Below, piece after piece: positions 22,409-33,736 of a stretch of DNA of 64,000 bases. Source of the DNA: a virus. Taxonomy: Duplodnaviria > Caudoviricetes. The position numbers were made by a program, and so were the translations under genes. The notes under the pieces were generated by a model. That model had not been told where the DNA came from. It worked only from the letters and a program-made list of their open reading frames with translations, and ran no database searches. Location: positions 32,001 to 96,000 of IMG/VR virus record IMGVR_UViG_3300028797_000006; one strand, written 5' to 3'. Position 1 is the first letter of the stretch. Every line of letters begins with the position of its first letter.

Positions 22409-22437
22409 ATTATAGGATATAAATTTCCTTTTGTCAA
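22409..22437 (-). promoter_or_regulatory. Sigma70-type promoter for gyrB operon
   Basis: TTGACA-17-TATAAT. Confidence 0.8.
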
Positions 22438-22527
22438 GTACCAGACTACCAAATTGATTAACTTGTTATTTTCGAATTAATTTTGATTCAAAATGAAAAT
22501 CAAATTAGTTATCCTCGCACTTTTCTT

Positions 22528-23820
22528 TTAATGAATGTACATATTGAATAAAAGTTCAAATTGCTGCCAGTTTACGACAAACAGGTTATCTTCAGCTCTA
22601 GTTAGCGCAACATAAGCAATATTCAAATCCTCAGTACAACTAATAGTTGTATCAATAACGATTACATTCTTATATTCAAGACCTTTAGCCTGATGAATTG
22701 TCGAAGCCTCAAAGTATCCCGCATCAGTAATGTATTTAACTTGTTTGTTAGTTCTACAAAGAATCATAGGTCTATTACTCATAAACTTTTTAAACTCTTC
22801 AATCAAGTTAATTTTGTGTTCAATGCCGTTCTCCATTTTAATACTTCTACCAAATGGATTGACGACTGTTACACTACCACCAGGACCACGAGCGCAATTA
22901 ATTGCACTAGCCCTTTTTCACATAATTTCAGTGATATAGCAATCTTCTTCCATCATTGCATTTTCGCGCTGTTCAAGATAAACAGTAGTGGCATAATCAA
23001 TTATCTCTTGATAACTTCTATAATTACACATTAACTTATATTCTTCAAAGTCCTCTGTCTTATCGAATACTTCACCATCTGCACCTCTAAAACAGAAGAT
23101 TGATTGCCAAGGATCTCCAACGAAGAATTTCTTTTTAGCATTAACCTTTTGGAATAATTCAAACTGCACTTCATCGACATCTTGATATTCATCGACAAAA
23201 AGCGCATCAATATTATTTATTTCCTCGTCATAAGTATTGAGAACATTATAGAGGTAAAGAGGATAATCTGTGAAATCATAAAGTAAATTATCTCTCTTGT
23301 AACGAATATATCTGTTTTCAAGCGCCACAAGAGTTCTCTTATAATTATCCTTGATATCCATGTTCTTATTTCCGCTAATAAAAGAATAAAGAATATCAAT
23401 ATTTATATTTTTAATCTTTGAATGAATTATATAATCATCAACTAACTCTTGAAGAATTGATTTAATTTGCCCTTCTTGAAGTATTTTAATCTTAAACCCG
23501 TATTTAATTGCGAAATCATTAAGTAATGTGCGGGCTCATACGTGGATTGTAGTAACATCAACATCAAAGATACCCATTTGTTGAAGGCGAGTTTCCATTT
23601 CAGCACGGGCTGCGCGAGTATAGGTGATCGCGCAGATTCTATCATTTATGTTCTCAAAACGATAGGCTGAAACCGCACTTAATATTGAGAAAGTTTTTCC
23701 AGAGCCAGCAGGTGCGCGCACTAAAATATTATCACTCTTGGAAGTGACAACCTTATATTGTGACTCATCTAATTTATCTAATTTTAATGTAAAGTTGTTG
23801 GCTCTAGTGATTTTTTCCAT
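22528..23820 (-). CDS. UvrD/Rep-family SF1 helicase (2 in-frame TGA)
   Basis: Three same-frame track ORFs join: APAGSGKT, TIHV(W), VDEYQD, VGDPWQSIF.FRGA, NYRS, STIHQAKGLE, YVALTRA. Confidence 0.9.
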
Positions 23821-24329
23821 TCTTCTAATCTCTTTTCATAATCAGCTTCAATATCTTCAAGATGTGGATCGGTTTCAATATATTTGGATAAGAAATCGGC
23901 TGTAGCCAAAGCATTATGCATAGAAAGTTTTGAATCTTCATTTGTATACATATCAAGCATTGAAGTTAAATTGTCGTCTCCTTCAACTTTTTTCTTCATC
24001 ATTTCAACAAATTTATCTTCATATGGTAAAGATTCAACTAAGTCTTGAAAATTAACAATTAAATCAAACTTATATTTCTTAGGCATGTTGCCAATAATAA
24101 TTAAATCATTCTTTTCTTTTTCTGCTAAATCATAAACTTTTTCCGCGCTTAAAATACTGTAAAAAAGCGCGTATTCTCAATTCTTTGCTAACTTTGTAAC
24201 TATTGTATAGTCCATGAAAGAAGGCATTGAAAAGCAATTATCTTTAGCATGCGCAGTTAGTCCTTTATAGACACCTACGCCCATATATGTATTTTTTTCA
24301 TCTAAAGGCATTAAAACTAAAATCTTCAT
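23784..24329 (-). CDS. Hypothetical protein (1 TGA)
   Basis: GGAGG RBS, ATG 24329, in frame with track ORF 23784-24086. Confidence 0.65.
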
Positions 24330-24331
24330 AA

Positions 24332-24811
24332 TTAATCCTCCAACTCCTGACGAGCACGGACTGCAAGCGCATCAACATAAATATTTCATTTATTGTCTGC
24401 GTGTCCTTTGACTCGAATAATTTCAATATCGAATTTTTCTTTTAACTTAATATAAAGGGCAATAACTCTTCCCCATAAATCTTGGTTTTTAACTGGTTGG
24501 CGGTCAGAAGTGCGCCATCCGTTTTTTAACCACGTAACATATCATTTATCATTGAAAGTGCGTTCAACATAGGCACTATCGGTATAGATTTTTACTTTTG
24601 TAAAGCGTGTTTGAATTGTATTAATGTTTTCAAGTGCGGATAAAAGTGCCATAATTTCCATTCTATTGTTCGTGGAATATGGTTCATATCCTGTCTTTTC
24701 ATCAATAATTTGCCCGTCTTCAAGACAAATCGCGGCCCAACCGCCCATTTCAGTTTTAGAGGAGAAAGCTCCATCTGTATAGAACTCTAATAATCTACTT
24801 GGTAGCATCAT
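24332..24811 (-). CDS. rnhA: Ribonuclease HI (2 TGA)
   Basis: YTDGA, TNNRMEI, YTDSAY, then after TGA: NGWRT...VKNQDLW...VKGHADNK(W)N.YVDALA. Confidence 0.92.
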
Positions 24812-25265
24812 CTTTTGAGTCCTCCTTTTCATCGCATAAAGTAAAGAATAAATCTTTATATTTAATCGTAAAATTAAAGACATCATTTACTGTCTTATAA
24901 TTAACGGCTTTTTTCATTAAAGAACGACTAGTTTTTATACCCATTAAATTTGAAGGAACATCTAAACGCCATTCACGTTCTCTTCTATCAGATTGAGTTA
25001 ATAAACCGAAGAAAACCGCGCATCCAACGTTAACAATAGATAAGAAGTTTACTATTTCTTCATCTGTTGCGTTACCTTCACCTTCAATATCGACAATATA
25101 ATGAACTGCTAAAGGGTCTTGGGATATAATTTGAGATAATGCGGTTTCAAAAGCTTTTTTAGCTTCAGAAACAGCGCTATTAAAGTTAATCGTAGCGCTG
25201 ATTTCTTTTGTTGTATATTTAAAATCTTTAATAATTTTATTGTCTACTAAATTAATGAACAACAT
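24795..25265 (-). CDS. Hypothetical protein
   Basis: ORF with AGGAG RBS upstream of ATG 25265. Confidence 0.55.
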   Translation of the reverse strand: MLFINLVDNKIIKDFKYTTKEISATINFNSAVSEAKKAFETALSQIISQDPLAVHYIVDIEGEGNATDEEIVNFLSIVNVGCAVFFGLLTQSDRREREWRLDVPSNLMGIKTSRSLMKKAVNYKTVNDVFNFTIKYKDLFFTLCDEKEDSKDDATK

Positions 25266-25839
25266 TTTCTTTCTCCTGTTCTTCAACTTTCCTGAGATAC
25301 GTAAAAACAGCGACTTCGCCCCAAACATCATTATAAGCATTATGTGCGTGATGTAAATAATAACCGGCTTCTTCGCAGAGGTCTGTAAGAGTTAAATGCT
25401 CATTGCGCTTCAAAATGCGGCGTGCATTCGTGAATGTGCAGTAGCCATCAATTGGTTGGTCATTATAGGTATTAAGATTGAAACCCGCTTCTGTAAGGAC
25501 AATGCGGTCATTCTTGAGGCCATGACTTATAAGAAGCAATTCATTTAGAGGAATTATCTCTAGGTCATCTTGAATTGTCGCAATAAGGTCGCTTAATGGT
25601 ATTCCATTTTCTGAAAGGAAATTATTTGTAATTGATGTATATTCAGCAAAAGGATAACAAACTTGTTCAGTTACATATTGATTATAACTGCGCATTAGTT
25701 GGTATGTATCAATGTCAATGCGTTTAAAAAGAAGTCCAGCAAATTGAACGAGATGATTAGTGCTATCTTTTGTATTAAAGAACTCCAGGTCTATGAAAAA
25801 AAGATATGGATGATTCTCATTATAGGCTTTTATAATCAT
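25252..25839 (-). CDS. Second DEDDh-family exonuclease
   Basis: FIDLEF, SHGLKND, AHNAYNDV. Confidence 0.8.
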   Translation of the reverse strand: MIIKAYNENHPYLFFIDLEFFNTKDSTNHLVQFAGLLFKRIDIDTYQLMRSYNQYVTEQVCYPFAEYTSITNNFLSENGIPLSDLIATIQDDLEIIPLNELLLISHGLKNDRIVLTEAGFNLNTYNDQPIDGYCTFTNARRILKRNEHLTLTDLCEEAGYYLHHAHNAYNDVWGEVAVFTYLRKVEEQEKENVVH

Positions 25840-25966
25840 TAATAAATTTCCTTTCTAAAATTACATTATAGTATAAGGGTCGAAATTGATTTAGTCAAAA
25901 TAGGATAATTAAAGTTGGATTTGTGATTTAGAAGGATGGGAAGTATATTTTTTTGAGGTAAAATGC

Positions 25967-27742
25967 ATGAATAATTCAAGTTATATTTGAAAAGATTTTA
26001 CAAAAGAAGACTTAAAGGCTTGGATTTTAGCGAATACAGACATTAAAGACTGGAATCATTGCCATAATATAGAATTAGATGAACAACAATTAAAATCATT
26101 ATGTAGTGCAATTGGGTGCGTCAGTATAAGTCCAGAGAATATATGGATTTATTTTTCTGATACAGTCAGTCCGCAACAATGATGAATTGGTACTGAAGAC
26201 GATAGCGCGATTACATTAACTTTTCCTGATACTTGTAAAAAAGTTAAAGGAGAATCTTTTAATAACAATTTAAAAAGAGCAAAAACTCGAGGAGTTGAAG
26301 ATAATAGCGAAGAGGGAAATATTTTGATATTAAGAAATATCAGAAGTGTTAGTTCAGCTTCAGATGCTCGAGGATCATATTGTCAGACGCCAAATGAATA
26401 TACTTTTTTAAGTTATATAGGTTTTACTGATAATAATATTTCCGCAACAAGCACGACTAATGGAAGTAAATTATATACAAAATCTTATTTAACAACACTA
26501 GGAAACTACGGAATAAATGGTAAACAATTTAAAATTATTACTTACCTAGATAATCCACCAGTTTATAATGATAATGAAGGATATCATTTTTACTATAAAC
26601 AAAATTATGGTAATAATGCAGATACAAATAATTCTAAAAAATATAGAGATTGAGCAATTAATAATACTTCGATGGATATTGTGTGACACAATTTTACGTC
26701 TGGAGGAGGGTCTACCTCATCTCCTACAGTTACTAATGTCACTGAACAAGGTTTTGATCTAATTATTGGTGGTTCAACAACTCATTATATTAAAAATGCT
26801 TGGCAAGATGTATATGTTCTTTGTAGAGAAGCACCTAGCTCATATAATGGATGATGATCAGATAATGGTAATCAACCTCATATAGCGAGCGAAAATGAAA
26901 GTTATGCAGAAATGTTATATAGAACATATGGAACTTATATGGGAATTTTTCATGTTGGACAACTTACAGATAATTGAACAATGCCATTAATTGTTATGAC
27001 GCCAGGAAAAGGAGGAGATAACCCTAATGTAGATGCAGACTATATTATTGATTGATATTATCCAACAATGTCCTATAAAAAGAATAGTGATAATACATGA
27101 TATAATATTAATGATAATATTTGATTAAGAAACAAAACAGTAGACTGAAAATCGGAAACACAATGAATAAATTGTCCTCATCAAAATCAAACTGTAGGAA
27201 TAGCCCATTATAGTTGAGGATTTGCAGCAAGAAAAAAGAATACAAATAGAAAACCAGTAGAGTATGATACGCATATACTTGGCCCTGATAGTGATTATGC
27301 TTATAATCGTGGTCGTTGATATGCGGTAGAATTTGATACATCAGGAAGAACTTATTGTATACAGTTAAATGTTGGTTATTGATCAATAAAAGGAATAAGC
27401 GAAAGTATTGCAAGCTCAAAGAGTACTACATTAAATTTTTCTTCTCTGACAGCCTACCATATGAGTTATTGAAATAACACATGACATATGGGTCCTTATA
27501 GTTCACTACAAGCGATAGTTACCGCAGATAAATTATTTCCAGGCATTTTTAAAAATAAGACAGTAATTAATGAAGAATTTTATAAAAAGGGTGCTTTTGA
27601 TTGCGACACAGGTTATGACAACGAAACATTGGTAACTTTAGGCATAAGATCAGATGAGAGTGAATATGGAAAATGTCTATTAAAATTTGAAGGGAATAAT
27701 AATAATGGTTATGCAGTTATTTTGATAGATAATAGATCATAA
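25967..27742 (+). CDS. Large hypothetical, probably virion, protein with 18 in-frame TGA
   Basis: One frame with no TAA/TAG across ~591 codons; includes two TGA-TGA doublets. Confidence 0.75.
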
Positions 27743-27787
27743 TAAAAAGAGACCAAGCGGTCTCTTTTATCTCAGTTAAATTTTTAT

Positions 27788-28051
27788 TTAAAATGGCCAA
27801 CGATTAAATAAAAAGTCAAATAATGATTCCGCATCATTAATCGTTGTATGGAAATAACCATAATCTTTAATAAAATCTTTTAGAAGTTTCTTATAATTAT
27901 CAAAAGCTTCTTGAACTTCTTTTGCTCTTTTAGCACGGACTTCTTTTTTAGCCTTTTCTTCTTCTTGCGCCTTGTTTAGGGCGGCTTCTGCTTTAATCAA
28001 TGCTTCCTCAGAATTATAGAGTTTTTGTGTTTTTTCGGAATAATACTTCAT
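27788..28051 (-). CDS. Small phage protein (MKYYSE...) downstream of tRNA(UCA)
   Basis: GGAGG RBS before ATG 28051. Confidence 0.65.
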   Translation of the reverse strand: MKYYSEKTQKLYNSEEALIKAEAALNKAQEEEKAKKEVRAKRAKEVQEAFDNYKKLLKDFIKDYGYFHTTINDAESLFDFLFNRWPF

Positions 28052-28246
28052 ACTTTCTAACCTCCGTATGTTTAATGCGATCCTGTTCGCTTTATAAGTA
28101 TCGGCCTGAGACACACCGAAAATAAACTATTTAATTCGTCGAGACCTACGGTTACATTTAAGTAGCTAGAACCGGTCTATCTTAATGAGCCACAACTCAA
28201 GAAGTTCACTAGTTTTTGTTTGTTTGTACTGTGACTAACGAATAAT

Positions 28247-28343
28247 TGGCACGGGTTGTAGGACTCGAACCCACACCTACCGCTTTGGACACGGAATCTT
28301 TACGGTTTTGAAGACCGCTGTGCTGCCATTACACTAAACCCGC
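28247..28343 (-). tRNA. tRNA-Trp(UCA), opal-decoding, with 27-nt variable region
   Basis: GCGGGTT/AACCCGT acceptor, G73, CCA; anticodon arm GCGGT-CTTCAAA-ACCGT; T arm GTGGG-TTCGAGT-CCTAC. Confidence 0.9.
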
Positions 28344-28358
28344 ATATTTAACTATTAA

Positions 28359-28387
28359 AATATAGTTAAAGTATTTTTGTTTGTCAA
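28359..28387 (-). promoter_or_regulatory. Sigma70-type promoter for tRNA(UCA)
   Basis: TTGACA-17-TATATT about 15 nt upstream of the tRNA 5' end. Confidence 0.75.
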
Positions 28388-28388
28388 G

Positions 28389-30119
28389 TTATTTTTCGAA
28401 TGATGATTTTTCTGGGAAATTAGTTTCAAAAAATTTATTTATATTAGCTCTTGTTATATCTTCTTTAATTGAAGAAACTTTTGTATCATTTAAACAGACC
28501 ATTTCTCTGTTCCTTACACAATCTCAAGGAGTATAACTATTTAATTCAAAATAATTAGATTTTTGATAAATTCTAGGTTTCTTTTTACTGACTCCTTGAT
28601 ATTTCATACTATCAATAAACAATAAAGATGGAACGACATTCTTTTTATGTCTAAAACGTGAAACTTTCATAGCATCTCAAATTTCATCCATATATTTACT
28701 CATAAAATCTATTTCATAAGATTTTAATCGTCCATCTGGTAAATGACTATAGTAAATATAGTTACTTCTTTGTCCGCAAATATTTTTTATTAAGAACTTA
28801 GTAGTATTATTTACAACAGAAGATCAAACGCCACTACCATTACCTCAATTTGCAGACATAGTTCCGGTTTCTCCATAATAAAGTGTATCACCTTCAAAGA
28901 ACATATCCCTTGGAATAGGATTCATAAAATAAAAGTCATCATTACAAACAATAAAATGATTACTTAAATCTTTAATTCTATAATAGAACGTTTCAATAAC
29001 TAATGTACTAAAAGTTGGTAAAAACTCTTCAGGGATGAATTCATCATGATACACAATTCTAAGTTTCGGACATTCTCTATTTAATCATTCAGGTAATTGA
29101 CTTTCTCTTTGAACAACTAAAAATACTTTATGTACTCAAGGACAATTTTTTTCAACACATCTAAATCAATATTTAAATACGCCTCAATCACGAGTTCTTT
29201 CAGTACCAAAAGCTTGAATATTAGAAGCATCTTGAATACCTTGATCAATTTCTAATTGTCTATATTTATTAAAATCTGCGCGTCAATTTTCATCATTAGG
29301 ATTAACTCATGGTACAATAATATCAATGTTTTCTCCGGTATTACAAGATTCTAATAAATCAATACGCTCTTCTTCAAACTGATTGAATCTCTCTAAATTA
29401 GATGGCATATTTACTCCTTGAAAATCTAAAAATTCATTAATAGATAAATTTTTATCATCAATATAAAAATCTGCATTTGGTTTACCAAATCACAATTCGT
29501 CATACTTAACGCCATTTTTATCTAATCAAGCACGTGTAATAGCATCATATTTAGCTATACGCTCTTCTATTGTTTTACAACTTTTTGCGCCACGAGCAGT
29601 AGAAAGAATAATCTTTCATCCTTGATCATGGAAACGATTAATTTGCTTAATTGTTTCAACAAGAGGATAAGAATTTTCAAAATCTCTATTTTTTGTGAGA
29701 CATAAGGTGTCATCAATATCTATACAAAGTGTGTTATATCTTTCTCTACTTTTAAGATATTCCTTTTCTTTTGTTGTGCTGATATTTGGGGTACGATCTA
29801 AAAAAACTACTTGAGCAAAAGTTTTTATACGATCAATATCATGGTATCCTTTATATTCTGAGCCACAAGCAAATATTTGGACATGTTTCAAATAACTAAA
29901 TTTATCTTCTTGTGAGTAAAGAGGCACTACTTCATCGACATATCTAATGCTTAAAAGAATTTGTTTACGTTCTTCATATGAATAAAAAGGAATTTTGCCT
30001 TCAGGATTTACATTTACACCTACAACTAAATAATCGCCTAAAGCTTTAGCTCTGCGCAATAAACTAATATGTCCGTAATGTAGAATATCAAATGTTCCTG
30101 TTGTAAATACCTTTTTCAT
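28389..30119 (-). CDS. Fusion: TagD-like cytidylyltransferase + HAD capsule-type phosphatase + Stealth-family phosphotransferase (>=12 TGA)
   Basis: GTFDILHYGH...RTPNISTT; IDIDDTL...STARG...GKP.ADFYIDDK; IDIIVP(W)V...RD(W)G...P(W)V...PE(W)LN...PTFS...NDDFYF; single frame. Confidence 0.85.
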
Positions 30120-30463
30120 TATCGACTCCTATGATATCTTTTTGGTTTTCTAGGTTTCTTTTCTTTTCTTTTATACGGGACTCAGCCTTTATTATATCCC
30201 GTTTCAATTGTATTCAACTTCTTAATCCAGTATTCCTCGCGCTCATTAAGTTTTGCTATTGGGCATAACTCAATTACATCTGCGCGAAAATTACGCCAGT
30301 CAGTCTTCCAATCTTTTTGCATATCTTTATTTGGATGATGACCCTTATAAAGTGCATTAATATGCTGTTTACATCTAAAATATACGTTCTGACTTTGCCC
30401 AACGTATATTTTATTTTTCTTAAGGTTAGTTATTTTATATATTCCAGATGTTGGAAGCGTCAT
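30119..30463 (-). CDS. GIY-YIG endonuclease (1 TGA)
   Basis: SGIYKI...YVGQS...R..QH...EREEYWI...GYN; readthrough ends in a TAATG overlap with the next gene. Confidence 0.85.
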
Positions 30464-30465
30464 AA

Positions 30466-30750
30466 TTAATGATTAAGTTTAATGACTACAGTCCAAGTTT
30501 CTGGGCGGACAATTTCACCGCTCTTATTAATCTTACCGGCTTTATATTTCTTTGTTGCAGCAGCAAATAAAGGATTTTGACGTGCTTCATTTACTTTTTC
30601 ATCTGCATCATTTTCGTCTTCATAGACGTATGTTTCTTTTGTTTCGACTACGAGCATGTGTCCGCATGTATCGTCTTCTGCCTTCATTTCAATCTTTGAG
30701 AGATTGATGCCGAGGTTTTGAGCATAACTTGGTAAATCTTCAATTCTCAT
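30466..30750 (-). CDS. Hypothetical protein
   Basis: ORF preceded by TTGACA-17-TATACT. Confidence 0.6.
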   Translation of the reverse strand: MRIEDLPSYAQNLGINLSKIEMKAEDDTCGHMLVVETKETYVYEDENDADEKVNEARQNPLFAAATKKYKAGKINKSGEIVRPETWTVVIKLNH

Positions 30751-30786
30751 TTTATAAGTTTCCTTTCAATATAATTAAGTATAGAA

Positions 30787-31365
30787 TTAATTTTTGATGT
30801 TGTCAAGATAAGTTACTTCGGTCTCTTTGTATTTATTAGCTAAGAACTCAAGTAATCATTTTTCCACTTCTTTAGTAAGAACTCCAAAATCACTTAATCC
30901 TTTTGGTTTTTTGGGGGCATTGTTACATACAAAGAAAATTGCAGCATCGTCACAATTTATTGATAATTGAAATACAATATAGAATCGACCATCTTTTAAT
31001 TCTTGATAAGCAAAGCCACCGACTTTATATTTGTCATCTATCATAATATCATTATAATCGCTACGAGCATTAAGGCCCTTATCTTTTAATTTATTAACTA
31101 TAAAATTAGGGAACTCATGACAGAAATTATGATCTTTTTGCATAAAAATACCACTGATGTCCCCAACAGAATGTATGATTGTTCCGCCATTACGTCCGAT
31201 ATTATAGACGGGGATACCTATATGAAGCACTTTATAATCTTTTTCAGTGCCAATAGTAATGATTTCTTTGTCATGGACCCCATAAGATAAATAGAAATCA
31301 TTAGGATCTTTTAAAGAACTACTTAATCTATTGATTAATTGTTCAAAATTTCCTTTATAAATCAT
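30787..31365 (-). CDS. Lipoate/biotin protein ligase-like (BPL/LplA/LipB fold) protein (1 TGA)
   Basis: RNGGTIIHS.GD, NDIMIDDKYKVGG motifs. Confidence 0.7.
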
Positions 31366-31376
31366 ATTATTCCTTT

Positions 31377-31901
31377 CTATTTTCCCGAACTACCTAATTT
31401 TCCATCTTTGCGCGCACTTTTCTCGCAAGCTATATCTCATTCAGCTTCGCCAATAGGCATAACTTTTACTACTGGCATCTCAACAGGGATAAGTTGCGCG
31501 ATTGCCTTAGATGCAGGATAGAATAAAATTGGTCCTGTATAATCATCAGATACAAACATTTTATCTACATAAGCCTTATCTACTGAATTAGTGATAATAG
31601 CTGGATAAGGGTTGTCGTTTTTTAAACAAATGAAAATTTCTCCCCTATAGTCCTTATCACAAACACCGCAATGAACGTGGAGTCCTTTACTGCCAGTTGA
31701 TCCGCGATCGAAGGCCATTAACCAATAAGGTCCTTCAATAACATATGCTAAATCAGTCTTAAACATATGTTGTGAATGTGGTGGCATAACAACATGAGTT
31801 TCTGTTGTATAGATATCATATCCGGCCGCATCAGGTGCCTTAGTTGGCGTAATAGCTAATGAGCTAAAATGACGCCATTTAATTATACATTTTTCTTTCA
31901 T
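31377..31901 (-). CDS. dut: Trimeric dUTPase (1 TGA before motif V)
   Basis: AAGYDI, DRGSTG, GVCDKDYRGEI, AIAQLI; RKDGKLGSSG only after readthrough. Confidence 0.9.
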
Positions 31902-31910
31902 AATTTCTCC

Positions 31911-33548
31911 TTAATAATGAATTAAACTATCTCTATTCATATCAGAATTCTCTTCAATAAAATGATAGGTTGTTGGTGTAAATTCATAGGCAGGAATAAT
32001 TAGCTTGCCTTCTGCTTCATATTCTCCTAACGCGCCTAAATTTAAACTATCTAACTGAGATAACTCTAATTGTCCGCCAACAATAGTACCATTATTTTTA
32101 GTATAAACTGTTAACATTCCTCTACAAAAATCAGGTCAGTTTTCTTGTCTCATAAAATAAGCATTGATTTTGAAATCCTTATAAAGGTCTCATATTTTAT
32201 TATAAAAAGTATCTATAGACATTATTTTATAATTAACTTGTTCTATATCATCTAAGGATATAGTTTTTCTAAAATGTCCGTTTAGTGCTATATCTTCTAT
32301 AGAACTTCCAACTGTATTTTGTAAATCTTCTTTTACCATGTTCGCACATCTACGAAAGAAGTTGTAACTTATATTTTTTAAAGTATTTTGCACAATTGAG
32401 TTATCTGTAATAATTGCGCCGCCCTTAATTGCATCTGTTGCAATTAATTTTACTGTTTCAGATAGTGGTTTGATTGTTATAAAATTTCCAATACTAACAC
32501 CAACTTGAATCTTTTGAGATAATAAATTTTTAATTGTTTCAATTAAATTTTCATATTTATTTTTTATTAATTTACGTTCATTAAAATTTTTATTACTCAT
32601 ATCTAACTCTACAGCCGTCTGTAATTTCTTTTTATTATCAATTAAAGTAATTCTAAATAAATCAATTAAACTCTTTACGCTTCCATGTGTTGTTTTCATT
32701 TGCACGAATTTAGTATGATTTTCAGGTCATTGTATTCTAAAACCATCTTGTGTATGAGCCATAACATCTTGCATCTCTCTAATAATTTTTTCAAGATGTT
32801 TTGAAAATCATCTGTCTATAATTCAATTAATTTGACTATTAGTAGTATCACCTGGTACTTTAGTAATACCAACAAAAACCTCTGCAATTAATTGTGCTAA
32901 ATTGTCTTCACGATTTTTCATACGCATTTCTGCTTGTAATTTTTCAGTGAAAACTTTTTGTAAATCTCTAAAAGCCTGAGTAGAACCTCGCTCAATAACA
33001 GTTCTCATTTGAGAAGGAGACATTTCTCTATTTAATACGTTTCCCTCAGTCGAAACCATTGCTTTATTTTGACCACCCATACTCATGGCTAATACATTAT
33101 ATCCTAATTGTGTTCCATAATAATAAATATGCATTATTTCAGCAATATTTAAACGTTCTTGATCACTGTATTTTGTGCCATTTTGAAGCATATATGTTTC
33201 TTCACTATTAGCACGTTGTTTTTGACGAACTTCAAGTGTTGTATAGCTTGTTGTAAATCATTTCGCGGCAAAACGTTCAAAATCATTTTTGGGAATTCCA
33301 AAATATGTATCATCATAGATTTCAATTACTATTTCATTTAAAGCATGTTGTAATATAAAAGATTGAAATTTTGGGTTTTCATAACTTTTATTACCAAAAA
33401 GAGACTCGTCCAATCATCCTTTGCTTCTTCCTCAAGCACCAGAAAAGTGGGCAAGCGCTCTTTTATACGTTCCTTTATCATTTGTCGCTTGTCCTATATA
33501 TAATGTTGTAGGGTCGTTTTTTGCATATATATGATAAATATAATTCAT
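31911..33548 (-). CDS. Large protein with N-terminal GIY-YIG-like domain (multiple TGA)
   Basis: MNYIYHI...LYIGQA...KRALAH; three track ORFs join in one frame without TAA/TAG. Confidence 0.7.
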
Positions 33549-33562
33549 AATCTATTTTTAAT

Positions 33563-33718
33563 GCTCTGGCGCCAAGTCTTGAAACGAGGCCCTATTCGGA
33601 TTGTTCTGCCGCTCCTTAAAGTCATCAGAGCTATACCGTTTTCCGACGCGCATAACCCCTTGAGTGGGCCTAAGTCTCTTATCCTACCACGAATCGAGGC
33701 ATCACCCATTCCAGAGCA
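33563..33718 (-). ncRNA. Putative ~155-nt structured RNA/leader
   Basis: GC-rich; GCTCTGG/CCAGAGC closing stem, AGGCCC/GGGCCT helix; TTGCTA-17-TATAAT promoter upstream. Confidence 0.45.
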
Positions 33719-33736
33719 ATTAATTATACTATTTTT

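Noticed and set aside
28247-28343. tRNA-Sec interpretation of the UCA tRNA
   Set aside because: It has a 7/5 fold and 4-bp D stem rather than the bacterial 8/5 fold with 6-bp D stem; no selA/B/D genes are present; TGA aligns with Trp, not Cys, positions.
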